39,930 nt of DNA from the NCBI GenBank assembly GCA_003135555.1, contig PLCF01000030.1, positions 1 to 39,930 of the forward strand, written 5' to 3'. The notes beneath the pieces are model-generated. The model worked only from the letters and a program-made list of their open reading frames with translations. It searched no databases and was not told where the DNA came from. This document shows positions 1 to 10,914 of the stretch, in pieces; position 1 is the stretch's first letter, and every line of letters starts with the position of its first letter. The stretch comes from Vulcanimicrobiota bacterium. Lineage in GTDB: Bacteria > Vulcanimicrobiota > Vulcanimicrobiia > Vulcanimicrobiales > Vulcanimicrobiaceae. The translations under genes were made by a program, and so were the position numbers.

Positions 1-345
<345 letters not shown>

Positions 346-350
346 TCGTC

Positions 351-680
351 GTGGCCGCCGAGAGCTCCCGACAGAAGATCCGGATCAGGCTCAAGGCCTA
401 CGACCACATGATCCTCGACCAGTCGACGGCGAAGATCGTCCAGACCGTGCAGCGCACCAACGCGCGCGTGCAGGGCCCCGTGCCGCTGCCCACCGAGAAG
501 CACCGCTACACGGTGATCCGCTCGCCGCACAAGTACAAGGACTCCCGCGAGCACTTCGAGATGCGGGTCCACAAGCGCCTGCTCGACATCGTCGACCACA
601 CGCCGAAGACCGTGGACTCCCTCCAGCGCCTCGATCTGCCTGCGGGCGTCGACATCGAGATCAAGATCCGCCAGAGCTAG
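351..680 (+). CDS. rpsJ: 30S ribosomal protein S10
   Basis: [45 protein letters not shown] start. Confidence 0.99.
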   Translation: MAAESSRQKIRIRLKAYDHMILDQSTAKIVQTVQRTNARVQGPVPLPTEKHRYTVIRSPHKYKDSREHFEMRVHKRLLDIVDHTPKTVDSLQRLDLPAGVDIEIKIRQS

Positions 681-705
681 TCGCGTCGCCGCCCGGATCG
701 AGGCG

Positions 706-1133
706 ATGAGCGAGGCGACCGAGGCGGTCACCGCGAGGTGCTGGGCCGAGGTCTCAGGAAGCGAGACCTCGACGTGCTCGAAGAGCTGTTCCACCCAGAC
801 TTCGTCCTGTACCTCGCGGGTGCGACCTCTCGGGCGTCGCCGCGACGCGTGCGTCGGTTCGCGACCCAGTGGTTCGAGCCGCTCTCCGACCCCGCCGTCA
901 GGACCGTCTCCACGTGCAGCAGCGACGACCTCGTCGCCGACCCGCTCGTGTTCACCGGGACGCACTCGGGCACGGCGTTCCACCGGGGCCTCTTCCAGGC
1001 GAGGGGCTGTCGGCCGTCCCCGCCGAGGGGGCCGCGATCGAGTTCACGCAGACCTGCTTCACGCGCGCCCAAGGCAGCCAGATGCTCGAGACGTGAGAGG
1101 ACTTCGACCGGGTGCAGCTCTGCATGCAGCTAG
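706..1133 (+). pseudogene. Degraded SnoaL-like/ester cyclase (NTF2-like) gene
   Basis: Pieces in three frames join into one protein: MSEATEAVTARCWAEV / RDLDVLEELFHPDFV..FTGTHSG..F / VPAEGAAIEFTQTCFTR..MLET*EDFD..LCMQL; at least two frameshifts and one stop. Confidence 0.7.
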
Positions 1134-1177
1134 TCGTCGGCGTCGAGGTCCCCGCCCCCTAGGATCGAGCGCCGCAC

Positions 1178-1207
1178 TGGCACCGGGCTGTGCCTGTGGT
1201 GTAGCCT
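1178..1207 (+). promoter_or_regulatory. Candidate internal promoter for rplC
   Basis: TGGCAC-N18-TAGCCT about 170 nt upstream of rplC; weak consensus match only. Confidence 0.3.
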
Positions 1208-1305
1208 CAGCGGCCGGTCTTTGCGACCGGATCCCTGCAAATGGGGTGTTGCAACAGACGTGTCCGAGCGCCCGGTGACGGGGACCTCGGTCCGAACCAG
1301 TCGAG

Positions 1306-1335
1306 CGCTCCGCTCGGGGACACCCGAGCGGAGCG
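1306..1335 (+). promoter_or_regulatory. Perfect 13-bp hairpin in rplC leader
   Basis: CGCTCCGCTCGGG-gaca-CCCGAGCGGAGCG; no U-tract. Confidence 0.55.
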
Positions 1336-1377
1336 TCTGTGTGTGGGTGAGTCCCGCGCCAGGAAGAGAGAAGGATC

Positions 1378-2031
1378 GTGGCGACGAGGGCCATCGTGGG
1401 CGAGAAGGTGGGCATGACCCAGGTCTGGGACGAGCAGCACCGTGCCGTCCCGGTGACCGTGGTCAAGGTCAGCCCGCTGCGCATCGTCCAGGTGAAGACG
1501 CCCGACACCGACGGCTACGCCGCGGTCCAGGTCACCTGGGGCACGACCAGGCCGTCGTCGCTCACCCAGCCCGAGCGCGGGCACTTCGAGCACGCGGGCG
1601 TCGCCCCCGGCCGCCGTCTCATCGAGCTGCGCCTCGCTGACGTCTCGACCTACAGCGTCGGCCAGGAGCTCACCGTCTCTGTCTTCGAGAAGGGCGAGCA
1701 CGTCGACGCGATCGCGACCTCCAAGGGCAAGGGCTTCGCGGGCGGCATGAAGCGACACAACTTCAAGGGCCAGGGCGGCGGCCACGGCAACCACAAGCAC
1801 CACCGTGCGCCCGGCTCGATCGGCGCGTGCGCGACGCCGGGTCGGGTCTTCAAGGGCACCAAGATGGCTGGGCGCATGGGCGGCGAGCGCGTGACGACGA
1901 CGAACCTCGAGATCGTGGGCGTCGACACCGAGCGCGACCTCGTCCTCGTGAAAGGCGCGATCCCCGGACCCCGCGGGGGCGTCGTCGTGCTGCGCGACTC
2001 GGTCAAGACCGTCTCGGGCGGTGCGCGATGA
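1378..2031 (+). CDS. rplC: 50S ribosomal protein L3
   Basis: GEKVGMTQVW..DGYAAVQ..SKGKGFAGGMKRHNF..HRAPGSIG..PGRVFKGTKMAGRMG. Confidence 0.99.
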   Translation: MATRAIVGEKVGMTQVWDEQHRAVPVTVVKVSPLRIVQVKTPDTDGYAAVQVTWGTTRPSSLTQPERGHFEHAGVAPGRRLIELRLADVSTYSVGQELTVSVFEKGEHVDAIATSKGKGFAGGMKRHNFKGQGGGHGNHKHHRAPGSIGACATPGRVFKGTKMAGRMGGERVTTTNLEIVGVDTERDLVLVKGAIPGPRGGVVVLRDSVKTVSGGAR

Positions 2032-2708
2032 GCGAGACGATGACGCTGCGCGGCCCCGTGAAAAAGGACCGGCCCGAGCCCGTGTCGCGAAGCGTCGAGC
2101 GGCGCGATGCCACCGGTGCGGTGCTTGGCACCGTCGCGCTCGAGCCCACGATCTTCGGCATCGAGCCGAACATGGCGGTGCTGCACCAGGTGGTCACCGC
2201 CCAGCTCGCGGCCAAGCGCTCCGGCACGCAGTCGACGCTGACCCGTGCCGAGGTTCGTGGCGGCGGGCGCAAGCCCTACCGCCAGAAGGGGACCGGCAAC
2301 GCCCGCCAGGGCTCGACGCGCGCACCGCACTTCGTCGGTGGTGGCGTGACCCACGCACCGAAGCCCCGCAGCTACGCCCAGCGGACCCCCAAGAAGATGG
2401 TGCGCCTGGCCCTGTGCTCGGCGCTGTCGGACCGCGCGAGCGAGTCGCGCGTGGCGGTCCTCGACCGCTTCACCTGGGAGACCCCGCGCACCAGGGACGC
2501 GGCCGCACTCCTCGATGCCCTCGGCCTGGAGGGCACGGTGCTCGTCGTCGTGTCGCCGAGCGACGCGATCGCGACGCGCTCGCTGCGGAACCTCGCGCGC
2601 GCGTCCACGATCGCCGCGGGCGAGCTCAATGCCTACGACGTGCTCGCCAACGACTGGGTGCTCTTCACCGACGAGACCCTCCCGACGGCGCGAGAGGAAG
2701 GTGCCTGA
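2028..2708 (+). CDS. rplD: 50S ribosomal protein L4
   Basis: [29 protein letters not shown] overlap with rplC. Confidence 0.98.
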   Translation: MSETMTLRGPVKKDRPEPVSRSVERRDATGAVLGTVALEPTIFGIEPNMAVLHQVVTAQLAAKRSGTQSTLTRAEVRGGGRKPYRQKGTGNARQGSTRAPHFVGGGVTHAPKPRSYAQRTPKKMVRLALCSALSDRASESRVAVLDRFTWETPRTRDAAALLDALGLEGTVLVVVSPSDAIATRSLRNLARASTIAAGELNAYDVLANDWVLFTDETLPTAREEGA

Positions 2709-2998
2709 TGCGCGAGTCGATGAGCGTGCTGCACCGCCCGGTGGTCTCCGAGAAGACCTACGCGCTCATGGACGCGCACGTCTACGTCTTCGACGTGGAC
2801 ACCGACGCGACGAAGATCGACGTGCGGCACGCCGTCGAGCAGGTGTTCGGCGTCAAGGTCACGAAGGTCAACACCCTGAGGCGCAAGGGCAAGTCCAAGG
2901 TCAACCGGCGCACCAATCGCATCGGGCGCACGCCCGACACCAAGCGGGCCATCGTCACGCTCGCACCTGGCAACAAGATCGACCTGTTCGAGTCGTGA
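2708..2998 (+). CDS. rplW: 50S ribosomal protein L23
   Basis: [47 protein letters not shown] overlap. Confidence 0.98.
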   Translation: MRESMSVLHRPVVSEKTYALMDAHVYVFDVDTDATKIDVRHAVEQVFGVKVTKVNTLRRKGKSKVNRRTNRIGRTPDTKRAIVTLAPGNKIDLFES

Positions 2999-3005
2999 GG
3001 CACTG

Positions 3006-3842
3006 ATGGCACTCCGATCGCGCAAGCCAACGAGCCCAGGACGGCGGTTCCAGACCGTCTCGGACTTCGCCGAGCTCACCCGCTCGACGCCCGAGCGATC
3101 GCTGCTCGCCGCCAAGCCCAAGACCGGGGGGCGCAACGTCGCGGGCCGCAAGACCTCGCGGCACCGCGGCGGCGGCCACAAGCAGCAGTACCGGATCGTC
3201 GACTTCCGGCGCAACAAGGACGGCGTGCCGGCCAAGGTCGCCCAGATCGAGTACGACCCCAACCGGACGTGCCGCATCGCGCTCCTGCACTACGTCGACG
3301 GGGAGAAGCGCTACATCCTCGCGCCGGCGGGGCTCAAGGTCGGCGACGTGCTGCAGTCGGGTCACGGCGCGGACATCCGGACCGGCAACGCGCTGCCGAT
3401 GCGCTACATCCCGACGGGGTCGGTCGTCCACAACGTGGAGCTGCGCCCGGGCGGTGGCGGCAAGATGGCCCGCAGCGCCGGGATGAGCGTGCAGCTGGTC
3501 GCGAAGGACGGCGGCTTCGCGACGCTGCGGCTGCCCTCGACCGAGATGCGTCGCGTGCCGATCGACTGTCGGGCCACGCTCGGCGTCGTCGGCAACGCCG
3601 AGCACGAGCTCATCAAGGTCGGCAAGGCGGGCCGCAACCGCTGGAAGGGCGTTCGCCCCCAGACGCGCGGCGTCGCCATGAACCCTGTCGACCACCCGCT
3701 CGGTGGCGGCGAGGGCAAGTCGTCGGGCGGACGCCACCCGGTGTCCCCGTGGGGCAAGCCAGAGGGACGAACTCGACGGGGCAAGAAGAAGTCCGACGCG
3801 ATGATCATCCGCCGGCGTCGCGGTCGCGGCGCGAGGCGTTAG
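3006..3842 (+). CDS. rplB: 50S ribosomal protein L2
   Basis: [37 protein letters not shown]. Confidence 0.99.
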   Translation: MALRSRKPTSPGRRFQTVSDFAELTRSTPERSLLAAKPKTGGRNVAGRKTSRHRGGGHKQQYRIVDFRRNKDGVPAKVAQIEYDPNRTCRIALLHYVDGEKRYILAPAGLKVGDVLQSGHGADIRTGNALPMRYIPTGSVVHNVELRPGGGGKMARSAGMSVQLVAKDGGFATLRLPSTEMRRVPIDCRATLGVVGNAEHELIKVGKAGRNRWKGVRPQTRGVAMNPVDHPLGGGEGKSSGGRHPVSPWGKPEGRTRRGKKKSDAMIIRRRRGRGARR

Positions 3843-3850
3843 GGAGCGAG

Positions 3851-4126
3851 ATGCCGAGAAGCCTGAAGAAGGGCCCGTTCGTCGACGACCACCTCTTGAA
3901 GAAGGTGGACGCGATGAACGCGTCCGGCGACAAGAAGGTCATCAAGACCTGGTCACGCCGCAGCACGATCATCCCCGACATGGTCGGCCACACGATGGCC
4001 GTTCACGACGGTCGCCGTCACGTGCCCGTCTACGTGACCGAGGCCATGGTCGGCCACAAGCTGGGCGAGTTCTCTCCGACGCGTACCTTTAAGGGTCACG
4101 GCGGCGACAAGGCCAAAGTCTCATGA
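3851..4126 (+). CDS. rpsS: 30S ribosomal protein S19
   Basis: [42 protein letters not shown]. Confidence 0.99.
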   Translation: MPRSLKKGPFVDDHLLKKVDAMNASGDKKVIKTWSRRSTIIPDMVGHTMAVHDGRRHVPVYVTEAMVGHKLGEFSPTRTFKGHGGDKAKVS

Positions 4127-4647
4127 GCGCCGCTGCTACCGAACGCACCGAGGCCCTCGCGCACCTGAAATTTGCGCGGGTGGGCCCGCGCAAGCTGCGC
4201 CGCGTCGCCGACGCGATTCGCGGTAAGAGCGTGCGCGAAGCGCTGGTGCTCCTGAAGTTCGCCGGCGTGTTCGCCGCGGAGCCGCTCGAGAAACTGCTGC
4301 GCTCCGCGGTCGCCAACGCCGAGAACAACCACGACATGAGTTCCGACGGGCTCTACATCACCCGGATCACGGTCGACGGCGGGCCCGGCGGCGGGTTCAC
4401 CAAGCGGCTCGATCCGCGCGCGCAAGGCCGCGCGGCGTTCAAGCGCAAGCGCCTCTCGCACGTGACGATCGCGGTCGGTCCGGAGCGTCCCAAGAATCAG
4501 CCCAAGCAGCGCTCCGGCGCGGCGATCGGGCTCAAGACGCGCACGCAGCGTCAGGCGCAGGCGGCCACGACCAAGCCGAAGACCAAGGCGAAATCGGCGG
4601 CACCGCGCCGCAAGAAGCAGACTGCCGCCGCGGGCGCGGGGGCGTAA
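4123..4647 (+). CDS. rplV: 50S ribosomal protein L22 with basic C-terminal tail
   Basis: [42 protein letters not shown]. Confidence 0.98.
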   Translation: MSAAATERTEALAHLKFARVGPRKLRRVADAIRGKSVREALVLLKFAGVFAAEPLEKLLRSAVANAENNHDMSSDGLYITRITVDGGPGGGFTKRLDPRAQGRAAFKRKRLSHVTIAVGPERPKNQPKQRSGAAIGLKTRTQRQAQAATTKPKTKAKSAAPRRKKQTAAAGAGA

Positions 4648-4654
4648 GGACAGC

Positions 4655-5896
4655 ATGGGACAAAAGATTCACCCGGTTGGGCTGCGCCTCGGTATCACGC
4701 GTACTTGGGACAGCCGCTGGTTCGAGAAGAAGAACTACGTTGCGTGGCTGCACGAGGACGTCGCGATCCGGAAATACTTCGGGCGCATGACCCGTGCGGC
4801 TGCGATCTCGCGCGTCGAGATCGAACGCCGCGCGAACCAGGCGCGCGTCATCATCAACACCGGCAAGCCGGGCATCATCATCGGCAAGCGCGGGGTCGGG
4901 ATCGACGAGATCCGCCGCAACCTCGAAAAGCTCACCGGCAAGCAAGTCCAGGTCAACGTCGTCGAGATCAAGACGATCGAGCTCGACGCGCGCCTGGTCG
5001 GTCAGAACATCGTCGATCAGCTCGAGAAGCGGATCGCGTTTCGCCGCGCCATGAAGCAGGCGATCATGCGCACGATGAAGGCCGGAGCCCGCGGCGTCAA
5101 GGTGCAGGTTTCGGGTCGCTTGGGCGGCGCGGAAATCGCGCGCACCGAGCGCAACCACGATGGTAAAGTTCCGCTGCATACGCTGCGCGCCGACATCGAC
5201 TACGCGCACGTCGAGGCGTTCACAACCTTCGGCCGCATCGGCGTGAAGGTGTGGATTTACAAGGGCGAAGTGCTGCCCGACCAGCCGCGCGGCGAGCGCG
5301 AGGTCCAGGGCGGCGGACGCGCCAGCGAAGCGGCACGCTTCCGCGACAACCGTCGCGGAACGCGCGGCGGTCGCGGCCGCGGCGGAGCCGCCGACGGTGC
5401 TCCGCGCACCGGTGAGGCCGGCGGTCGCCCAGCGCGTCAGCCCGGTGACCCGGCCAGCCCGGAGACGGGCGAAGCCGTAGAGTCGACAGCAGTAGAGTCG
5501 ACGGCAGTAGAGTCGACGGCAGTGGAGTCGTCCGCGGTGGAGTCTCCCGTTCTGGATACGGCCGCAGCGATGCAGGTCGCACAGGCGGATTCGCAGTCGC
5601 TCGACTCGGTGATCGACGGCGCGCCGTCGATCGAAGGCGACAAGCCCAACGCCCCGCACGGCGGCGCCGATACGGGCTATCGCCCGCATCCCGGCGACGA
5701 AAGCGTCGGCGAAGTTTCGCAGCCGACCGCGGAGTCGCAGCACACCGTCGACGAGGCCGAGCGTCCCGGGGCGCAATCCAGCGCGCCGACGGCGCACCAC
5801 CGCGAACCCGCGCCGGGCGGCGGCACGCACGATCGCCCCGAGCTCAAGACCGGACCGGAAGACGACAACGCCGGCACCGGAGGGGTTGGACGCTAG
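4655..5896 (+). CDS. rpsC: 30S ribosomal protein S3 with long low-complexity C-terminal extension
   Basis: [46 protein letters not shown], then about 200 extra aa. Confidence 0.98.
   Translation: MGQKIHPVGLRLGITRTWDSRWFEKKNYVAWLHEDVAIRKYFGRMTRAAAISRVEIERRANQARVIINTGKPGIIIGKRGVGIDEIRRNLEKLTGKQVQVNVVEIKTIELDARLVGQNIVDQLEKRIAFRRAMKQAIMRTMKAGARGVKVQVSGRLGGAEIARTERNHDGKVPLHTLRADIDYAHVEAFTTFGRIGVKVWIYKGEVLPDQPRGEREVQGGGRASEAARFRDNRRGTRGGRGRGGAADGAPRTGEAGGRPARQPGDPASPETGEAVESTAVESTAVESTAVESSAVESPVLDTAAAMQVAQADSQSLDSVIDGAPSIEGDKPNAPHGGADTGYRPHPGDESVGEVSQPTAESQHTVDEAERPGAQSSAPTAHHREPAPGGGTHDRPELKTGPEDDNAGTGGVGR
5474..5545 (+). repeat. 15-bp tandem repeat (~4.8 copies) encoding AVEST within rpsC
   Basis: gccgtagagtcgaca / gcagtagagtcgacg / gcagtagagtcgacg / gcagtggagtcgtcc / gcggtggagtct. 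Confidence 0.95.
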
Positions 5897-5899
5897 AAG

Positions 5900-6331
5900 A
5901 TGCTCACCCCAAAAAGAGTGAAGTGGCGCCGCCAGCACCGCGGCCGGATGCGCGGCAAGGCGCTCGTCGGCAACACGCTGACGTTCGGCGAATACGGGTT
6001 GCAGGCGCTCGAGCCGGTGTGGATGACCAACCGGCAGATCGAGGCGGCTCGTGTCGCGCTGACGCGCCACATCAAGCGCGGCGGCAAAGTCTGGATCAAG
6101 ATCTTCCCGGACAAGTCGGTCACCAAGAAGCCGGCCGAGGTTCGCATGGGCTCGGGTAAGGGCAACCCGGAATTCTGGGTCGCCGTCGTGCGGCCGGGCC
6201 GCGTGCTGTTCGAGCTCGCGGGCGTCGATGAAAAGACGGCGCGCGAAGCGCTGCGCCTGGCCGCGCAGAAGCTGCCGATTTCGACCAAGATCATCACCCG
6301 AGCCGAGCAAGAAGCCGAGGTGGCGTCGTAA
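5900..6331 (+). CDS. rplP: 50S ribosomal protein L16
   Basis: [31 protein letters not shown]. Confidence 0.99.
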   Translation: MLTPKRVKWRRQHRGRMRGKALVGNTLTFGEYGLQALEPVWMTNRQIEAARVALTRHIKRGGKVWIKIFPDKSVTKKPAEVRMGSGKGNPEFWVAVVRPGRVLFELAGVDEKTAREALRLAAQKLPISTKIITRAEQEAEVAS

Positions 6332-6576
6332 TGAAGCGCAACGACCTGCGCGCACTGCGCGAACTGTCCATCACCGAGCTCGAGCAGCGCGCTCGCGAAA
6401 CGAAGGAAGAACTCTTCAACCTTCGGTTTGCGCTGCGCACCGGACACCTCAGCGACTTCTCCCGCGTGAAGCTGGTCCGCCGCAACTACGCCCAGATCCA
6501 AACCGCGATCTCCGAGAAGCGGATCGCCCTTCGACCAGCACAGGACAAGCTAGAGGCACGTCATGGAGCAGCCTAA
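6331..6576 (+). CDS. rpmC: 50S ribosomal protein L29
   Basis: [32 protein letters not shown]; conserved position. Confidence 0.97.
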   Translation: MKRNDLRALRELSITELEQRARETKEELFNLRFALRTGHLSDFSRVKLVRRNYAQIQTAISEKRIALRPAQDKLEARHGAA

Positions 6577-6838
6577 GACCGTGGAACGCCCCAACCGGCG
6601 CCGCATCAAGCAGGGGCGCGTCAAGAGCGACAAGATGGACAAGACCATCGTCGTCGTCACCGAGACGCGCGTACCCCATCCTGTCTACCGCAAGGTCGTT
6701 CGCCGGTCGACGCGCTTCAAAGCGCACGACGAACAGAACGAGGCCAAGGCGGGCGATTTGGTGCGCATCCAAGAGTGCCGCCCGATGTCGCGCGAAAAGC
6801 GCTGGCGTCTGGTCGAGATTCTCGAGCGTGCCAAGTGA
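6563..6838 (+). CDS. rpsQ: 30S ribosomal protein S17
   Basis: [38 protein letters not shown]. Confidence 0.99.
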   Translation: MEQPKTVERPNRRRIKQGRVKSDKMDKTIVVVTETRVPHPVYRKVVRRSTRFKAHDEQNEAKAGDLVRIQECRPMSREKRWRLVEILERAK

Positions 6839-7212
6839 TTCAGCAAGAGACGCGGCTCAAGGTGGCCGACAACTCCGGCGCGCGCGAGCTGCTGTGCATT
6901 CACGTGACCGGCGGGTCGCGGCATCCTTACGCGCACGTCGGCGACATCATCGTCGGCACGGTCAAGAGCGCGATCCCGGGCGCGGCGGTCAAGAAGGGCC
7001 AAGTCGTCAAGGCGGTCATCGTGCGCACGTCCGCACCGATGCGCCGGCCCGACGGTTCGGTCATCAAGTTCGACGAGAACGCGTGCGTGATCATCAAGGG
7101 CGAAAAGGACAACCTCGACCCCCGCGGGACGCGCGTGTTCGGTCCGGTTTGCCGCGAGCTGCGTGACCGGGGCTTCCTCAAGATCGCGTCGCTCGCGCCG
7201 GAGGTGCTCTAA
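6835..7212 (+). CDS. rplN: 50S ribosomal protein L14
   Basis: (M)[41 protein letters not shown] overlap. Confidence 0.99.
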   Translation: MIQQETRLKVADNSGARELLCIHVTGGSRHPYAHVGDIIVGTVKSAIPGAAVKKGQVVKAVIVRTSAPMRRPDGSVIKFDENACVIIKGEKDNLDPRGTRVFGPVCRELRDRGFLKIASLAPEVL

Positions 7213-7214
7213 CC

Positions 7215-7580
7215 ATGGGCGCCGGGAGCAGCGCGGTCGCTACCAAACCGAAGATCGTCAAGGGCGACACCGTCGTCCTGCGGCGCGGCAAGGACAAAGG
7301 CAAGCGCGGCATCGTCAAGCACGTCTTTCCGAAAAACGGCGTCGCGACCGTCGAAGGTCTCAACGTCGTGAAGCGTCACACCAAGGCCGGCGCGACCGGC
7401 GTGAAGAGCGGCGGCATCCTCGAGAAGGAAGCGCCGATCCCGCTTTCCGCGCTCATGGTCGTCGATCCGAAGACCGACCGGCCGACGCGCGTGCGCCGGA
7501 CTCGTCAGGCCGACGGCACGTCCGTTCGCGTATCCGTGAAATCCGGCGAGCAGCTGCTCGTCCCGGCAAAGGCACGATAA
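7215..7580 (+). CDS. rplX: 50S ribosomal protein L24
   Basis: [34 protein letters not shown]. Confidence 0.98.
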   Translation: MGAGSSAVATKPKIVKGDTVVLRRGKDKGKRGIVKHVFPKNGVATVEGLNVVKRHTKAGATGVKSGGILEKEAPIPLSALMVVDPKTDRPTRVRRTRQADGTSVRVSVKSGEQLLVPAKAR

Positions 7581-7582
7581 TC

Positions 7583-8155
7583 ATGGCACCCAGATTGCAA
7601 GAGAAGTATCTGTCCGAGGTTCGGCCCAAGCTGCAGGAACGGTTCAACTACAAGAACCCGATGCAGGTGCCCAAGCTCGAAAAGGTCGTCATCAACATGT
7701 CGGTCGGCGAAGCGATCCAGACCTCGAAGGCTCTGGACGCGGCGGTGGCCGAGCTGACGACGATCAGCGGGCAGAAGCCGATCATCACCAAGGCCAAGAA
7801 ATCGATCGCGGCGTTCAAGCTGCGCGAGGGGATGAACATCGGCACGAAGGTGACGCTGCGCGGCGAGCGGATGTACATGTTTCTCGACAAGCTGTTCAAC
7901 ATCGTGCTGCCGCGCATCCGTGACTTCCGCGGCCTGAACCGCAAGTCGTTCGACGGCCGCGGCAACTACAGCCTCGGACTGCGCGAGCAACTCGTGTTCC
8001 CCGAGATCAACTTCGACAAGGTCGACAAGGCGCGCGGTATGGACATCGTCATCGTGACGACGGCCCGCAACGACGAAGAGGCGACCGAGTTTCTCACCCA
8101 CATGGGGCTGCCGCTGCAGAAACCTGCCGCGACCGCCGCCGGAGCTACGCGATAA
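7583..8155 (+). CDS. rplE: 50S ribosomal protein L5
   Basis: [45 protein letters not shown]. Confidence 0.99.
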   Translation: MAPRLQEKYLSEVRPKLQERFNYKNPMQVPKLEKVVINMSVGEAIQTSKALDAAVAELTTISGQKPIITKAKKSIAAFKLREGMNIGTKVTLRGERMYMFLDKLFNIVLPRIRDFRGLNRKSFDGRGNYSLGLREQLVFPEINFDKVDKARGMDIVIVTTARNDEEATEFLTHMGLPLQKPAATAAGATR

Positions 8156-8340
8156 TGGCCAAGACCTCGAGTATCGAGAAGTCGAAGCGGACGCCGAAGT
8201 TCAGCGTGCGCGGACACAATCGTTGCAAAGTGTGCGGCCGGCCGCGCGCGTACTACCGGCGGTTCGGCATGTGCCGCATCTGCTTCCGGGAGAACGCCCA
8301 TCGCGGCTTCATCCCGGGCATCACGAAGGCTAGTTGGTAG
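8155..8340 (+). CDS. rpsN: 30S ribosomal protein S14, short zinc-binding (type Z) form
   Basis: 61 aa with [16 protein letters not shown]. Confidence 0.98.
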   Translation: MAKTSSIEKSKRTPKFSVRGHNRCKVCGRPRAYYRRFGMCRICFRENAHRGFIPGITKASW

Positions 8341-8470
8341 TTATGAACATGTTGTTGGGCGCGTCCTCGGGGAATCGTGCCGTGAATCATATCGTCAACG
8401 CGCCCGCGTTTCGGGGGCCCCACGCCGAAGGCGTGGGGGGCGCGCAGCCTGGGGCGGAGCGCCGTTAGAC

Positions 8471-8875
8471 ATGGGCGTCATCACCGATCCGATCGCGGAC
8501 CTGCTCACGCGGATCCGCAACGCGAACACCGCGAACCACGAGACCGTCGACATCCCGGCGTCGCGGATGAAGAAGGCCGTCGCGCAGATTCTGCTCGACG
8601 AAGGCTTCATCACCGGCCTCGAAGAGCTCAAGAAGGAAGGCCCGCAAGGGACGCTTCGCATCACGCTCAAGTACGGTCCGGAAAAGGAGAAGGTCATCAC
8701 CGGCCTTCGCCGCATCAGCCGCCCCGGTCTGCGCGTCTACACGTCCAAGACGGAGATCCCGCGCGTTCTGGGCGGACTGGGCGTGGTCATCATGTCAACC
8801 TCGAAGGGCATCATGTCGGGCAAGCGCGCCAAACGCGAAGGCTTCGGCGGCGAAGTCCTGGCCTATGTCTGGTAA
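8471..8875 (+). CDS. rpsH: 30S ribosomal protein S8
   Basis: [39 protein letters not shown]. Confidence 0.99.
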   Translation: MGVITDPIADLLTRIRNANTANHETVDIPASRMKKAVAQILLDEGFITGLEELKKEGPQGTLRITLKYGPEKEKVITGLRRISRPGLRVYTSKTEIPRVLGGLGVVIMSTSKGIMSGKRAKREGFGGEVLAYVW

Positions 8876-8881
8876 TTTTTC

Positions 8882-9430
8882 ATGAGTCGAATTGGTAAGC
8901 TTCCGGTCGCGGTTCCGTCCGGCGTCGATGTGACGCTGAGCGACTCGACCGTCGTCGTCAAAGGTCCCAAGGGTCAGCTCCAGCAGCGGATCCTGTCGGT
9001 CGTCGCCGTCTCCATCGACGGCGGCCAGGTCATCGTCACGCGCAAGAGCGACGACAAGCCGGGCCGTTCGGCGCACGGTTTGACGCGCACGCTCGTCGCC
9101 AACATGATCGACGGCGTCACCAAGGGCTTCCGCAAATCGCTCGAACTCCAGGGTGTCGGCTTCCGCGTCAACAAGGCGGGCAACGACCTGAACTTTTCGC
9201 TGGGCTACTCGCATCCGGTGAGCTACGTCGCGCCGGATGGGATCGCGTTCACCGTCGAGGGGACCAACCGCGTCCACGTCGACGGGATCGACAAGCAGCG
9301 CGTCGGCCAGGTAGCGGCGGAGATCCGTAACCTGCGCCCACCCGAGCCGTACAAGGGCAAGGGCATCCGGTACTCCGGTGAGCTCGTGCGCAAGAAGCTC
9401 GGCAAAGCCGGGAAGGCGGGCAAGAAGTAA
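8882..9430 (+). CDS. rplF: 50S ribosomal protein L6
   Basis: MSRIGKLPV..LGYSHPV..RPPEPYKGKGIRY. Confidence 0.99.
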   Translation: MSRIGKLPVAVPSGVDVTLSDSTVVVKGPKGQLQQRILSVVAVSIDGGQVIVTRKSDDKPGRSAHGLTRTLVANMIDGVTKGFRKSLELQGVGFRVNKAGNDLNFSLGYSHPVSYVAPDGIAFTVEGTNRVHVDGIDKQRVGQVAAEIRNLRPPEPYKGKGIRYSGELVRKKLGKAGKAGKK

Positions 9431-9793
9431 ATGCCGATCTCACGGACGGCTCAGCGTGCCAAGCGTCATACGCGCCTTCGCAAGAAGGTCGTGGGGACGC
9501 CGGCGCGTCCGCGCCTGCAGATCTTCCGCAGCCTGCACCACACCTACGCGTTCGTCGTCGACGACACGAAGGGCCACACGCTCGTCGCCGCGTCGACGCG
9601 CGAAGGCGCCGTCGCCGACGGTTTGGGCTCGCGCACGAACGTCGCCGCGGCTCAGAAGGTCGGCTCGGCGATCGCCCAGCGTGCGAAAGCGGCTGGGATC
9701 GATTCCGTCGTGTTCGACACGTCGGGCCATAAATACCACGGTCGCGTCGCCGCTTTGGCGCAAGCGGCCCGCGATGCGGGACTGGAGTTCTAG
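9431..9793 (+). CDS. rplR: 50S ribosomal protein L18
   Basis: RPRLQIFRS..TLVAAST..YHGRVAALAQAARDAGLEF. Confidence 0.99.
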   Translation: MPISRTAQRAKRHTRLRKKVVGTPARPRLQIFRSLHHTYAFVVDDTKGHTLVAASTREGAVADGLGSRTNVAAAQKVGSAIAQRAKAAGIDSVVFDTSGHKYHGRVAALAQAARDAGLEF

Positions 9794-9796
9794 CGC

Positions 9797-10306
9797 ATGT
9801 ATAATCGAGGCGGTCGCGACCGCGACAACCAGGGTTTCGAAGAGGCGGTCGTGCGCATCAACCGCGTGGCGAAAGTCGTCAAGGGCGGTAAGCGCTTCAG
9901 CTTCAGCGCGCTCGTCGTCGTCGGCGACAAGAAGGGCCGCGTCGGCTTCGCCATCGGCAAAGCCGGCGAAGTTCCCGAAGCGATTCGCAAGGGCGTCGAG
10001 CAGGCGCGCAAGGCGCTCATCACCGTTCCGATGATCGAGAAGACGATCCCGCACCAGGTCAACGTCCAGGTCGGGTCCGGACACGTGATGCTCAAGCCGG
10101 CCTCGCCCGGAACGGGCGTGATCGCGGGTGGCGCGATGCGCGCGGTCCTCGAGCTCGCCGGCATCCACGACATCGTCACCAAGTCGCTGGGGACCAACAA
10201 CCCCATCAACGTCGTGCTCGCGACCTTCGCGGCACTGAGCTCGCTCAAGACGGCCGAGAAGGTCGCGCAGCTGCGCGGCAAGACGGTTGCGGAACTGTAC
10301 GCATAA
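9797..10306 (+). CDS. rpsE: 30S ribosomal protein S5
   Basis: [33 protein letters not shown]. Confidence 0.99.
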   Translation: MYNRGGRDRDNQGFEEAVVRINRVAKVVKGGKRFSFSALVVVGDKKGRVGFAIGKAGEVPEAIRKGVEQARKALITVPMIEKTIPHQVNVQVGSGHVMLKPASPGTGVIAGGAMRAVLELAGIHDIVTKSLGTNNPINVVLATFAALSSLKTAEKVAQLRGKTVAELYA

Positions 10307-10905
10307 TGGCTGAGAAGAAAACTGTACGCAAGGCCGCGGCGGCTCGCAAGGCGGCCGGCGACACGGGTGCCGTGGCGACGCTTCCGGCGCCGGCGTTCTC
10401 GCTCGCCACGCTCAAACCGAATCTCCATTCGCGTCCCAAGCGCGTGCGCATCGGGCGTGGCCACGGTTCGGGGATGGTCAAGACCGGCGGCGAGGGCGGC
10501 AAGGGTCAGACCGTGCGCTCCGGCGGCGGCAAAGGTCCCGCGTTCGAAGGCGGACAGACGCCGTGGAACCGGCGTCTGCCGATCCGTCGCGGTGTGTCGC
10601 AGAAGTCGCGCGATATCGGGCATTTCCGCCAGACCTACGCGGTGATCAACATCGGCGATCTCAACGGTTGGGACACGGCGATCGAGGTCAGCCCGCAGTC
10701 GTTGCGCCAGCACGGTAAGCTCAAGAGCACCAAGGACGGCGTCAAGATCCTGGGCGGCTCGACGAAGTCCAAGAAGCTCGACGGGCAGCTGCCGGCCGGC
10801 TTGAAGTTCCGCGACGTGTTGTTTTCCGCGTCCGCGCGCGAAGCGCTCGCCGCCGTGGGCGCCGACTTCGGCGACGCCGGCACCACCGAGACCACCGGAG
10901 CCTAG
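10306..10905 (+). CDS. rplO: 50S ribosomal protein L15 with N-terminal extension
   Basis: RIGRGHGSG..GKGQTVRSG..FEGGQTP..RRLP; TAATG overlap with rpsE. Confidence 0.97.
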   Translation: MAEKKTVRKAAAARKAAGDTGAVATLPAPAFSLATLKPNLHSRPKRVRIGRGHGSGMVKTGGEGGKGQTVRSGGGKGPAFEGGQTPWNRRLPIRRGVSQKSRDIGHFRQTYAVINIGDLNGWDTAIEVSPQSLRQHGKLKSTKDGVKILGGSTKSKKLDGQLPAGLKFRDVLFSASAREALAAVGADFGDAGTTETTGA

Positions 10906-10914
10906 CCTAGCCTC

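Noticed and set aside
5474..5545. CRISPR-like repeat array
   Set aside because: Contiguous in-frame 15-bp coding repeats with no spacers; no cas genes or spaced arrays seen in the window
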